A stretch of 64,000 nt of DNA, from assembly GCA_038817885.1 (NCBI GenBank), contig JAWAZE010000003.1:1698-65697 (forward strand). Direction: 5' to 3'. A program made the position numbers and the translations under genes. Positions 31,101-40,012 of this stretch are shown piece after piece. Below the pieces are notes generated by a model. It saw nothing but the letters and a program-made list of their open reading frames with translations. It had not been told where the DNA came from and made no database searches. Positions within the stretch are counted from its first letter, which is position 1; each line of letters opens with the position of its first letter. This DNA is from Candidatus Bathyarchaeia archaeon (GTDB lineage Archaea > Thermoproteota > Bathyarchaeia > Bathyarchaeales > DTEX01).

Positions 31101-31898
31101 TTATAGCCCCAGCACATCATCCATACTATATATTCCCGGCTTATCCTGCCTATAAATCCATTCTGCAGCATACAAGGCGCCCTGCGCAAAAACACTCCTG
31201 GAGAAGGCTGTATGCTCAATGCGTATTACCTCATGTGGGCCGGCTATGATTACCTCATGGATCCCTGGGATACCACCGGCCCTAACTGCCAATATTTCTA
31301 CCTCGCCAGGCTTTCTGACGCTTATGCCCTCCCGACCATATGATACACTCGTATAGCCTCTGAGCTCAGAGATTATCTCCCCCATCCTCTTCGCGGTTCC
31401 GCTGGGCGCGTCCCTTTTACCTGAATGGTGCATCTCAATTATGCTGACATCGTAGCTTGCGGGGAAGACCTTTACCATGCGTAGGATCTTGAAGAGTATG
31501 TTTATGCCTATGGCGAAGTTTGGCGAGAAGACCGCTGGAACTTTATTTGAAACAGCTTCCCGGATTCTCCGCATCTGCTCCTCAGTGAAACCGGTTGTCC
31601 CCATAACTATCTTCTTGCCTAAATCTGCTACTACCGGGAGGTTTGTGACCTCCGCCTCAGGCGTTGTGAAGGATATGTAGACGTCAGAGTCCTTGACTGC
31701 TTCCGGTATTCCCGATGGATCAACTATCTTAACATCTAAGTCGCAGATGCCGGCCTCCCTTAAAGTCTTATTTACGCTTGGCTCTCCTTTTGCTGCCACC
31801 GCACCAGTTATCTTAAAACCCCTTGCAATAGCCTCCCTAATTAACGTGCTGCCCATCCTTCCAGTAGCGCCGGCGACGCATAACCTAATATTGGTCAT
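31101..31898 (-). CDS. dapB: 4-hydroxy-tetrahydrodipicolinate reductase
   Basis: VAGATGRMG Rossmann fold and the EMHHSGKRDAPSGTA signature. Confidence 0.9.
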   Translation of the reverse strand: MTNIRLCVAGATGRMGSTLIREAIARGFKITGAVAAKGEPSVNKTLREAGICDLDVKIVDPSGIPEAVKDSDVYISFTTPEAEVTNLPVVADLGKKIVMGTTGFTEEQMRRIREAVSNKVPAVFSPNFAIGINILFKILRMVKVFPASYDVSIIEMHHSGKRDAPSGTAKRMGEIISELRGYTSVSYGREGISVRKPGEVEILAVRAGGIPGIHEVIIAGPHEVIRIEHTAFSRSVFAQGALYAAEWIYRQDKPGIYSMDDVLGL

Positions 31899-32934
31899 AG
31901 GTCAGATCCCTCCAGAAACGCTCATCATATAGTCTTTTGCTCAAATCTACATCAAAGAAGTCTTCAATAGGTTTAAGAAGCCCCGGGTTCTTCTCATAGG
32001 CCGTTCTAACCGCCCCTAGGGCTAACTTTAAGCCTTTCTTGGTCATCTTCCCAAGGGGGCGCCTGCATGGGCCAGAGGGCATGCCAAGAATATTCATGAT
32101 AGTTTTATATGGGAGTGGGTTTCTAGCCCTGCATAGAACAGTACCGTATGGTGTCTCCTCCTCAGTCTTAACAGTTACAACTGAAAACAATGGCTTTAAT
32201 GCTTCATTAAGATTCTTAGCTTCCTCAACCCTCTTCTCAAGAATAGCTTTTGTGAGCCTCTCGACCGGGTTGGGGACAACGTTTGATACAACTGAGATGA
32301 CGCCGTTTGCATTTATATCTGGGTGGGTCATCATCTCATATGTTTTATCATCGTCTCCAGACAGTATATAGAAGTTATCCCCGCAAAGCTTCCTAGTCAA
32401 CTTCATGCTCTCAATATTCCCGGTAGCCTCCTTAACAGCACTAACATTTTCAAACTTTGAATGAAGAATAGCCAGGTCCTGCGGGAGCAGCTGGGTTCCA
32501 GTCCTCCCCGGAATAACGTATGGTATCACTTGAACCTCGGGGAACATGCGTGCGACTGGCTCAATATATTCTCTTCTTATCTCTAGGGAGCTCGGCCCAT
32601 TATAGTATGGGTCAACGAGCAGGACGCATTTAACGCCGAGATCGTAGACCGCCTTCGTCATTTTAATGGTTTTATCTGTGAAGTTGCTTCCGGTCCCAGC
32701 TATAACTGTGCATTTGTCGCCAGCAACATTGAACACCTCCTCAATAACCCTTATGCTTTCTTCGTGGGTCAATGTCGCGCTTTCACCAGTTGTCCCAACG
32801 GCTAATACTCCACTCACACCTTCCCTATGCTGGAAGTCGACAAGCCTCCTTAAGCCCTCAAAGTCGATGTCAAAGTTATCTTTCATGGGAGTTATAAGAG
32901 CTGTATAGCATCCCTCAAATTTTTCTATCTTCAT
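31885..32934 (-). CDS. dapA: 4-hydroxy-tetrahydrodipicolinate synthase
   Basis: ALITPM, GTTGES and YNGP motifs, plus the Schiff-base Lys context SAVKEATG. Start trimmed to ATG 32934. Carries a C-terminal extension relative to the classical enzyme. Confidence 0.85.
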   Translation of the reverse strand: MKIEKFEGCYTALITPMKDNFDIDFEGLRRLVDFQHREGVSGVLAVGTTGESATLTHEESIRVIEEVFNVAGDKCTVIAGTGSNFTDKTIKMTKAVYDLGVKCVLLVDPYYNGPSSLEIRREYIEPVARMFPEVQVIPYVIPGRTGTQLLPQDLAILHSKFENVSAVKEATGNIESMKLTRKLCGDNFYILSGDDDKTYEMMTHPDINANGVISVVSNVVPNPVERLTKAILEKRVEEAKNLNEALKPLFSVVTVKTEEETPYGTVLCRARNPLPYKTIMNILGMPSGPCRRPLGKMTKKGLKLALGAVRTAYEKNPGLLKPIEDFFDVDLSKRLYDERFWRDLTYDQY

Positions 32935-32982
32935 CGCCCACGCTCCTAACGGCAAAATTCTTTGGAACTTAAGCCTATTTAT

Positions 32983-33009
32983 GTTTTTCGTTTATAAAAT
33001 ACGAAAAAC
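32983..33009. promoter_or_regulatory. perfect 9-bp inverted repeat GTTTTTCGT-N9-ACGAAAAAC enclosing a TATA-like TTATAAAAT; candidate operator/promoter between dapA and lrp
   Basis: Read directly from the sequence. Lies in the 133-bp divergent intergenic region between dapA (start 32934) and the Lrp gene (start 33068). Confidence 0.4.
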
Positions 33010-33067
33010 GTAAAAATTACTATAACTATCATAAAACTTTTCAACGACAATCCATAATATTGTTAGT

Positions 33068-33460
33068 GTGGATCAGATAGACTTCCAAATACTGCGTATA
33101 TTAAAGGAGAATTCTAGGATTAAGTATGTGGATATTGCTAAAGCTGTCGGCCTGACTGAGGGGGCTATTAGAAGGAGAATAAGGCAGCTTAAAGAGGAAG
33201 GGGTGATAAGAAAGTTTACTGTTGAGACCAGTATAGAGCTCGAGGGGATAGTTTTAATCGAGACGGAGGTGGCTAAGACGAAGGAGGTCGTAGAAAAGGT
33301 GAGGAAAATCGGTAATAGGGTTTTTGAGGTGTCAGGTGAGTATGATGTTGCTGTGATGATAGAGGCCTATACTGTTGATGAACTGAATAGTAAAGTGGAC
33401 GAAATAAGGAAACTACCTGGCGTTTTGAATACGAAGACGCTGATTAAACTTAAGAATTAA
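33068..33460 (+). CDS. Lrp/AsnC-family transcriptional regulator (HTH + RAM)
   Basis: MDQIDFQILRILKENSRIKYVDIAKAVGLTEGAIRRRI HTH followed by an RAM domain. GTG start. Confidence 0.85.
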   Translation: MDQIDFQILRILKENSRIKYVDIAKAVGLTEGAIRRRIRQLKEEGVIRKFTVETSIELEGIVLIETEVAKTKEVVEKVRKIGNRVFEVSGEYDVAVMIEAYTVDELNSKVDEIRKLPGVLNTKTLIKLKN

Positions 33461-34332
33461 TCATCCCCGCATCGAAGAGCTTTAAGAGCATTATACATCT
33501 TCTCATAGGCTTTCACAAAATCCGCGTCCTTTGAGAGTAGGTTACGGACCCCCACATAAAAATTGATGAAGGCATCATAATCCTTTTTCTCAATAATACC
33601 TTTTAAATCCATAACCCTCTTTATCAACTTATCTAGATACGTAGCCGCATATTTATTGTCCATCTGTATTGATGCATAGAGTGATGGTTCCTCGCTCATC
33701 ACCGCCTCACTCAATATAAACTGCAGTGTAAACGTTGTTCCGCCAAGACGTTTGAGCATGTCTATATCTTCTTCACCGATAATTGATGCAAAGACAATAT
33801 TTACAAAGTGTGTTAAAGCTAGAATTAAAGCCATAGCCCTCTCATGGAGGTTCCAGTTAACTGGAATTATAGCGGCCTCTGGGAAAATTTTCTCCGCTAA
33901 ATCTTTCTCAGCTATGGGATCAACAACTGGCACCAAAGCGATCTTTTCGCTTGATAGTTTCTGGGCGCCGAAGCCGAAGAGGGGGTGTAAAGACAAAGCT
34001 CTTATGCCGCGCTCAGCGGCCCTCTTTAGGGTTGGTAGAACCCTTGATTTAAGCGAGGATATCTCCACAACAATTGCATCCTTGTCTATCTCCGGCAGAA
34101 TCTCGGTTAGAACTTCTGGAGTTACATCGATCGGTGTTGATACAAGTATTAGACTGGCTTTTCTCGCAGCCTCAACATTGCTTTCAGCCAACTTCACATT
34201 CATTAATTTAGCGACCTCTCTAGCTCTATCTACTCTAACATCTGATATTATTACCTCGTGGCCGTGCTCAAGAAAGTACCTTGCGAACCAGACGCCCATC
34301 CTTCCAGCCCCACCAATTATTGCGACGATCAA
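33457..34332 (-). CDS. tyrA: prephenate dehydrogenase
   Basis: IVAIIGGAGRMG Rossmann fold and the SLHPLFG motif. Start placed at TTG 34332, 9 nt after a GGGGG run. TTG 34350 is an alternative. The ORF-track start at 34389 overlaps the chorismate mutase gene. Confidence 0.8.
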   Translation of the reverse strand: MIVAIIGGAGRMGVWFARYFLEHGHEVIISDVRVDRAREVAKLMNVKLAESNVEAARKASLILVSTPIDVTPEVLTEILPEIDKDAIVVEISSLKSRVLPTLKRAAERGIRALSLHPLFGFGAQKLSSEKIALVPVVDPIAEKDLAEKIFPEAAIIPVNWNLHERAMALILALTHFVNIVFASIIGEEDIDMLKRLGGTTFTLQFILSEAVMSEEPSLYASIQMDNKYAATYLDKLIKRVMDLKGIIEKKDYDAFINFYVGVRNLLSKDADFVKAYEKMYNALKALRCGDD

Positions 34333-34351
34333 CCAGAACCGCCCCCACAAT

Positions 34352-34642
34352 CTATTTAAGGTTAGATTCAACAATCTCCTGCTGCACACGCTTCGACTCC
34401 TCGATCAGCAGATTTAGGAGCCTTAATGAAGAGTCTACGTTTATGCCATACTTTCTGCTTAAATCTATAACCTTATTCCTTAATTCGTTCTCAATGGAGA
34501 TATCCTCGATGGGCATCTTATTCCGAACCTTTATCTCGCCAATCCTCCTCGCAAGAGATAGTCTTTCACCATACAGCCGAATTATCTCAAGCGTTAACTC
34601 AGTAACTTTATCTCTAAGGATCTTAAGCTCATCGGAAAGCAA
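34352..34642 (-). CDS. chorismate mutase (AroQ class)
   Basis: 96-aa all-helical protein. LRDKVTELTLEIIRLYGERLSLARRIGEIK pattern. Adjacent to tyrA. Confidence 0.8.
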   Translation of the reverse strand: MLSDELKILRDKVTELTLEIIRLYGERLSLARRIGEIKVRNKMPIEDISIENELRNKVIDLSRKYGINVDSSLRLLNLLIEESKRVQQEIVESNLK

Positions 34643-34825
34643 CCTTATTCTCCCCCTAAAGCTTATGAGTTTTTAATGTAAAAGTTTTTTCATGAACAAT
34701 ATTTTGACAGCATACCCTACAACCTTCCGCCAAATCCTCAGAGTCTCTTCAGCGGAGAAAAAATAATGGAAACAATTTTCTTATTATGGCAAAGCTATTA
34801 TTTTTATGGAGTTGGTGGGGGATCC

Positions 34826-35740
34826 ATGCATCTATTGAATTTTAAGGATTGGTCTGGAGAGCAGATAATGGAGATCGTTGATGCGGGTATAGAGGTAAAG
34901 GGGAACCCCTCGAAATATCGTGATGCCCTGGATGGAAATACATTAGCCATGATATTTCAGAAGACCTCGACTAGAACCAGAGTGTCCTTTGAGGTGGCCA
35001 TGACGCAGATGGGGGGTCACGCAATATACTTGGATTGGAGGGCGACAAACTTTACTATAGCGGATATCTATGATGAGACACAATATCTCTCGCGAAACGT
35101 TGACTGTATATTAGCTAGATTGCTGAGACACCTAGACCTGAGGGTTATGGCTAGGGCTTCGCGGGTGCCCGTGATAAATGGATGCGATGAAAAGTATCAT
35201 CCAAGCCAGGTGATCGCTGACCTCATAACGATGAAGGAGAGGAGGGGGGCTCTGAAGGGCGCTAAGCTGGTTTATGTAGGCGTGCATAATAATGTATGTA
35301 ATTCTTTAATCGAAGCTTGCACAAAAGTCGGCGTAAAAATATTAACTGTTACGCCAATCTTCAATGAACCCTCAAGAGACGATGAACTTCTAGAGGAAGC
35401 TAAGAAGAGTGGTCTCTGGGAGACGACGCTCGACTTAAAAAGTGCTATGAAAGACGCTGACTTCGTTTACACGGATACATGGGTCGACATGGAGTTCTTC
35501 CTAGATCCAAAGTATGCTGAGGAGAGGGAGAGGCGCATAAAAATTATGATACCATACCAAATAAACAGGGAGAATATGGCTGGATGCAACGCTTGGATAA
35601 TGCATGACATGCCGATACATAGAGGGTACGAGATAAGCCCCGAAATGATTGAGGATCAAAGGTCAATAATTTATGAACAGAGCGAAAACAGATTATATGC
35701 AGCCAAAGCCATACTCCTAAAGTTGCTCGGCAAGTATTAA
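34826..35740 (+). CDS. ornithine-carbamoyltransferase-family transcarbamylase with atypical second-substrate motifs
   Basis: Carbamoyl-phosphate motifs STRTRVSFE and HPSQ are present. The OTC motifs DxxxSMG and HCLP are replaced by TDTWVDMEF and HDMPIHRG. ATG 34826 is preceded by GGTGGGGG. Confidence 0.75.
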   Translation: MHLLNFKDWSGEQIMEIVDAGIEVKGNPSKYRDALDGNTLAMIFQKTSTRTRVSFEVAMTQMGGHAIYLDWRATNFTIADIYDETQYLSRNVDCILARLLRHLDLRVMARASRVPVINGCDEKYHPSQVIADLITMKERRGALKGAKLVYVGVHNNVCNSLIEACTKVGVKILTVTPIFNEPSRDDELLEEAKKSGLWETTLDLKSAMKDADFVYTDTWVDMEFFLDPKYAEERERRIKIMIPYQINRENMAGCNAWIMHDMPIHRGYEISPEMIEDQRSIIYEQSENRLYAAKAILLKLLGKY

Positions 35741-35824
35741 CTATGGCATTTAAAAGCCCATAATTTTTAAATAATTCATTTTACTTCAATAACTCAATTT
35801 GGACTGGATAATCTGGGTGGGAAA

Positions 35825-36415
35825 GTGGGGGACTTTCCAGAGGACTGGTATAAAAAGTATTTGCTCTTCAATAAGTGGAGTTGGGAGGGTATAGAGGTAA
35901 AGGACCCTGGGCTTAAGAGGTACATGTGTCTTAGACCCGTTATTTTACCCCACTCCATGGGGAGGCATGGAAAAACGAGGTTTGGTAAAGCTGAGGTTAA
36001 TATAGTTGAAAGGCTTGTAAACCAGCTCATGCGCCCCGGAAGGAATGGGGGCAAAAAGGCTAAAGCTATTAAAATTGTTAAGAATGCGTTTGAGATAATT
36101 CACCTTCAAACTGGAAGGAACCCGATAGAGATCCTCGTAAGGGCGATTGAGAATGCGGCGCCCTGCGAAGACACAACGAGAATTATGTATGGTGGGATAG
36201 TTTATCATCAGTCTGTCGATATATCTCCACAGAGGAGGGTTGACCTAGCCCTAAGATGGATTGGTGAGGGCGCCCGCATCGCATCCTTCAGTAACCCAAA
36301 GACAATTGAGGAGTGCCTGGCTGAGGAAATAATTTCAGCCGCAAATAATGATCTCAAGAGCTACGCTATACAACGCAAAAACGAGCTAGAAAGAATAGCC
36401 TTACACGCGCGCTAA
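35825..36415 (+). CDS. rps7: 30S ribosomal protein uS7
   Basis: [31 protein letters not shown] and [13 protein letters not shown] motifs. GTG start. Confidence 0.9.
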   Translation: MGDFPEDWYKKYLLFNKWSWEGIEVKDPGLKRYMCLRPVILPHSMGRHGKTRFGKAEVNIVERLVNQLMRPGRNGGKKAKAIKIVKNAFEIIHLQTGRNPIEILVRAIENAAPCEDTTRIMYGGIVYHQSVDISPQRRVDLALRWIGEGARIASFSNPKTIEECLAEEIISAANNDLKSYAIQRKNELERIALHAR

Positions 36416-36505
36416 GAAGATATCCCTACTCCACATCACATTTATTAACAGTTTTATTTCTAACCTTAATATTATTTTAAATTAAATTTGATTTGGAGGG
36501 AATCT

Positions 36506-38215
36506 ATGGACTTACTCATAAAGGGTGGTTATGTCTACGACCCCTTAAATGGTGTTAACGGCGAGGTCATGGACATATGTGTTAGGGATGGAAAGATTAT
36601 TGAGAAGGTTAATGAGCGCAAAGCCTATGTGATCGATGCTTCTGGAATGATCGTCATGCCCGGCGGAATAGATATACATACTCATATAGCTGGCGCCGAG
36701 GTTAACTCGGGCAGGCTTCTCAGGCCCGAGGATCACGCCCGCGATGTTGAGCCTAGAACTCCGATAACTAGGTCTGGCGTAGGCTATTCTATTCCATCAA
36801 CGTTCACCACGGGTTACCGCTATGCTCGCATGGGTTATACGTTCCTCTGTAACCCATCGATGCCGCCGCTGGAGGCCAGGCATACCCATGAGGAGCTAGA
36901 TGATACGCCAATAGTGGATAAAGTGACCTACCCATTGCTCGGGGACTGGTGGTTCGTTCTAGAGCATTTAAGAGATAAGAAGATTAAGGAATGCGCCGAG
37001 CATGTTGCTTGGATGCTCATCGCCACGAAGGGCTATGCGATAAAAATAGTTAACCCGGGCGGTCTAGAGACATGGGGCTTTGGAAGAAACGTTAAGGGTT
37101 TAGATGACCCGGTACCGTACTTTAACGTAACCCCTAGAGAGATAATTCGCGGGCTATGCATCGTTAATAAGATCCTTAATCTTCCGCATACAATACACGT
37201 TCACACGAATAGGCTTGGCCAGCCGGGCAACTACGCCACAACCATCGAGACTATGGATTGCGTTAAGGATCTGGCTGCGGATGGTAAGCCCGCCATCCAC
37301 ATTACACATTGTCAGTTCAGCGCTTTTAGGGGCGACAACTGGGCGACGATGCGTTCTGGGGCTGAGGAGATCGCCAAGTATGTTAATGCGCATAGCCACG
37401 TCACTTTAGACATGGGACAAGTAGTATTTACGGATACTACTACGATGACGGCTGACGGCCCATGGCAGTACACGCTATATGAGTTAAGCGGGAACAAGTG
37501 GGTTAATCATGACGTCGAGACTGAGACGAGCTCCGGTATAGTGCCCTTCAGATATAGGCGCAAGAGCTACGTCCACGCGACGATGTGGTCCATAGGCTTA
37601 GAACTGGCACTTCTAATAGAGGATCCGTGGAAGATATACTTAACGACAGACCACCCGAACGGCGGCCCCTTCACAGAGTACCCGAGGATAATATCTTGGC
37701 TTATGAGTAGGAAGGCTAGGGAGGAGACCCTCAAGAGGATAAATAAGAAGGCTAGGGCTAGATCCATCCTCCCGAGTATAGATAGGGAGTACACATTTTA
37801 TGAGATAGCGATAGTCACGCGGGCCGGGCAGGCTAAGGTATTAGGCTTTGAGTCGATTAGTAAGGGTCATCTCGGCGTCGGCGCGGACGCTGACATAGCC
37901 ATATATGAAGTCGATCCGAGGAAGGTTGACCCATCAAACGACTATAAGGCTGTTCAAAGAGCGTTCTCTAGGGCAGCCTATACAATTAAGGGTGGCGAGA
38001 TCGTTGTTAAGGGTGGTGAGATCGTCAGGGCTCCGGATGGGAAAACCTACTGGATAAACTTTGAGAGTTCATCCCAGATAGACCCGCTCTCAAGCGTATC
38101 CGCCAGCCTGAAAAAGAAGTTCAGGGAGTACTGGACTGTTGAACTTGAAAACTATTTTATACCGGAAAGATATCTCAAGCATTCGGTACCAATAAGTATT
38201 AAAGCGGGGGTATAG
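36506..38215 (+). CDS. fwdA: formylmethanofuran dehydrogenase subunit A (amidohydrolase)
   Basis: Full-length resemblance to FwdA: IKGGYVYDPLNGV, PGGIDIHTHIAG, MTADGPW, GHLGVGADADIA. ATG 36506 is preceded by GGAGGG. Confidence 0.9.
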   Translation: MDLLIKGGYVYDPLNGVNGEVMDICVRDGKIIEKVNERKAYVIDASGMIVMPGGIDIHTHIAGAEVNSGRLLRPEDHARDVEPRTPITRSGVGYSIPSTFTTGYRYARMGYTFLCNPSMPPLEARHTHEELDDTPIVDKVTYPLLGDWWFVLEHLRDKKIKECAEHVAWMLIATKGYAIKIVNPGGLETWGFGRNVKGLDDPVPYFNVTPREIIRGLCIVNKILNLPHTIHVHTNRLGQPGNYATTIETMDCVKDLAADGKPAIHITHCQFSAFRGDNWATMRSGAEEIAKYVNAHSHVTLDMGQVVFTDTTTMTADGPWQYTLYELSGNKWVNHDVETETSSGIVPFRYRRKSYVHATMWSIGLELALLIEDPWKIYLTTDHPNGGPFTEYPRIISWLMSRKAREETLKRINKKARARSILPSIDREYTFYEIAIVTRAGQAKVLGFESISKGHLGVGADADIAIYEVDPRKVDPSNDYKAVQRAFSRAAYTIKGGEIVVKGGEIVRAPDGKTYWINFESSSQIDPLSSVSASLKKKFREYWTVELENYFIPERYLKHSVPISIKAGV

Positions 38216-38218
38216 GCC

Positions 38219-39040
38219 ATCCTGATCCACATAACCCCAAAATACGAATTTAACGTTCCAGTTTATGCGGGGTGCATTTCACCAGACGTCTTAAGCGGAA
38301 AGAGTCTTAAAGAAATACTGGGGCTGAGGGTTTTCGAGGGAAATAAAAACCGCCCTCTCGGAGACCTATTTAACGTTAGCCTCGAGGGGAAGGATGATGA
38401 GACGGAAGTCACACTGCGCCTCTCAGGGAATTTCATAAAGGTTAGGAGGATTGGATCCAGCATGACGAAGGGCAAGATCATTGTGGATGGCGACGTTGGG
38501 ATGCACGTTGGGGAGGGGATGAGTGGGGGAGAAATAATTGTTAACGGCTACGCTGATTCGTGGGCCGGAGGGGGCATGAAGGGGGGTAAGATAGAGGTTA
38601 AGGGCTCAGCCGGAGACTATATTGGGGCTCCCTACCGTGGAATTAAAGAGGGGATGAGGGGCGGGAGAATAATTATACATGGGGATGCTGGTAGGGAGGT
38701 TGGGGCCTCCATGAGGGGAGGCTTAATCAGGATATACGGCTCAGTTAAGCACTTCGTTGGGATAAACATGGCTGATGGTACAATAGTCGTTCACGGAGAC
38801 TGTGCGGGTAAGACTGGTGGCGGGATGAGGGGCGGGAGAATAATCATTTGCGGCTATATCCCATCTGTTCTGCCAACATTCACATTCGAGGATATAAGGC
38901 CGAGCGTGAATATAGATGGCGAGAAGATTAGCGGACCATTCTATCGTTTTGTGGGAGATATAGCTGATAGGGGCGAGGGGAGACTATTCTTATCCAAGGA
39001 GAAGAACCCGCATCTATCCTTCTATGAGAAATATTTGTAG
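38219..39040 (+). CDS. fwdC: formylmethanofuran dehydrogenase subunit C (start codon unresolved; the first canonical start is 38462)
   Basis: GxxGG beta-helix repeats lie downstream of 38462. The conserved FwdC N-terminal domain (ITPKYEFNVPVYAGCISPDVLSGKSLKEI...GNFIKVRRIG) is encoded at 38216-38461, in frame and with no ATG/GTG/TTG. See findings. Confidence 0.8.
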   Translation: MLIHITPKYEFNVPVYAGCISPDVLSGKSLKEILGLRVFEGNKNRPLGDLFNVSLEGKDDETEVTLRLSGNFIKVRRIGSSMTKGKIIVDGDVGMHVGEGMSGGEIIVNGYADSWAGGGMKGGKIEVKGSAGDYIGAPYRGIKEGMRGGRIIIHGDAGREVGASMRGGLIRIYGSVKHFVGINMADGTIVVHGDCAGKTGGGMRGGRIIICGYIPSVLPTFTFEDIRPSVNIDGEKISGPFYRFVGDIADRGEGRLFLSKEKNPHLSFYEKYL

Positions 39041-39049
39041 GAGGTAGTG

Positions 39050-40012
39050 ATGCCCCTAAGCATAAATAAGGAAGCTGCAAAGATCGCTATGGAGATCTGC
39101 AGCTCTCCGGAAAAATATAATGTCATCGTGGAGAGGAGTTCTTTAGGGGCGCATATAATTGATGCGGGAATAGAGGCTAAGGGAGGACTCCTTGTAGGTA
39201 AACTTATAGTAGAAATATGTCTAGGTGGGCTTGGCGGAGCAAACATCTCCATAATGCGCTTAGGGGATTTAGAGATACCATCAATAAATGTTTACACAGA
39301 CCAGCCGGCAATCTCAACGCTAGCCTCACAGATGGCTGGGTGGAGGATTAGGGTCGGCGATTATGTGGCGATGGGCTCCGGCCCAGCAAGAGCATTAGCC
39401 CAAAAACCAAAGAGCATTTATGAGAGAATAGGGTATAGAGATGAGGCTGATGAGGCTGTAATAGTTTTAGAGACTTCTAAGAAGCCCCCGGATGAGGTTA
39501 TTAGGAGTATTGCCGATTCCTGCCGCATATCCCCGGAAAGACTCTACATAATAGTCTCCCCTACAACATCCATAGCCTGCCTAACGCAGATTTCTGGGAG
39601 GATTGTTGAGGTTGGGGTTTATAGGCTGGTTGAGATGGGCTTTGATCCCAACGCTATAATCTATGCGCTTGGGGAGGCCCCTATCCCCCCACCACACCCC
39701 GATGAGATCGAGTCTATGGGCAGATCTAATGATGTAATATTGTACTGTGGCTCGGTGCACGTTATCGTAGATCACCATGATGACAGGTACCTGGAAAAGA
39801 TCGCCGGGGAGGCCGTCTCAATGGCCTCAAAGGATTATGGGAGACCTTTCGCAGAGATCTTCAGGGGTGTTGGCGGAGACTTCTATAAGATTGATCCGAA
39901 GGTGTTCGCCCCAGCCAAGATTACAATTATGAACAAGAGGACTGGAAAAATATTTTCTTGTGGAAAAATAAACACTGAAATATTGTTAAAATCTATGGGT
40001 TGCATTGGCTAG
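39050..40012 (+). CDS. mch: methenyltetrahydromethanopterin cyclohydrolase
   Basis: Motifs IDAGIEAKGG, NVYTDQPAISTLASQMAGWRI, AMGSGPARALA, SKDYGRPFAEIF and DFYKIDPKVFAPA match Mch along the whole length. GGAGGT lies upstream. Confidence 0.9.
   Translation: MPLSINKEAAKIAMEICSSPEKYNVIVERSSLGAHIIDAGIEAKGGLLVGKLIVEICLGGLGGANISIMRLGDLEIPSINVYTDQPAISTLASQMAGWRIRVGDYVAMGSGPARALAQKPKSIYERIGYRDEADEAVIVLETSKKPPDEVIRSIADSCRISPERLYIIVSPTTSIACLTQISGRIVEVGVYRLVEMGFDPNAIIYALGEAPIPPPHPDEIESMGRSNDVILYCGSVHVIVDHHDDRYLEKIAGEAVSMASKDYGRPFAEIFRGVGGDFYKIDPKVFAPAKITIMNKRTGKIFSCGKINTEILLKSMGCIG

Noticed and set aside
38213-38215. Genome-wide reassignment of TAG (e.g. pyrrolysine) as the explanation for the in-frame TAG between fwdA and fwdC
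   Set aside because: TAG is the ordinary stop of several highly expressed neighbours: uL30 at 14439-14441, uL15 at 14886-14888, secY at 16370-16372, DUF106 at 16821-16823, and mch. No pyl genes are visible here. Site-specific readthrough remains possible, but global recoding is unlikely.
39047-40012. First-pass guess that the gene after fwdC is formylmethanofuran:H4MPT formyltransferase (ftr), which would give an Fhc-like A-C-Ftr trio
   Set aside because: The sequence carries the Mch signatures (NVYTDQP...QMAGWRI, AMGSGPARAL, SKDYGRPFAEIF, DFYKIDP...FAPA) rather than Ftr motifs, so it was re-called as mch.
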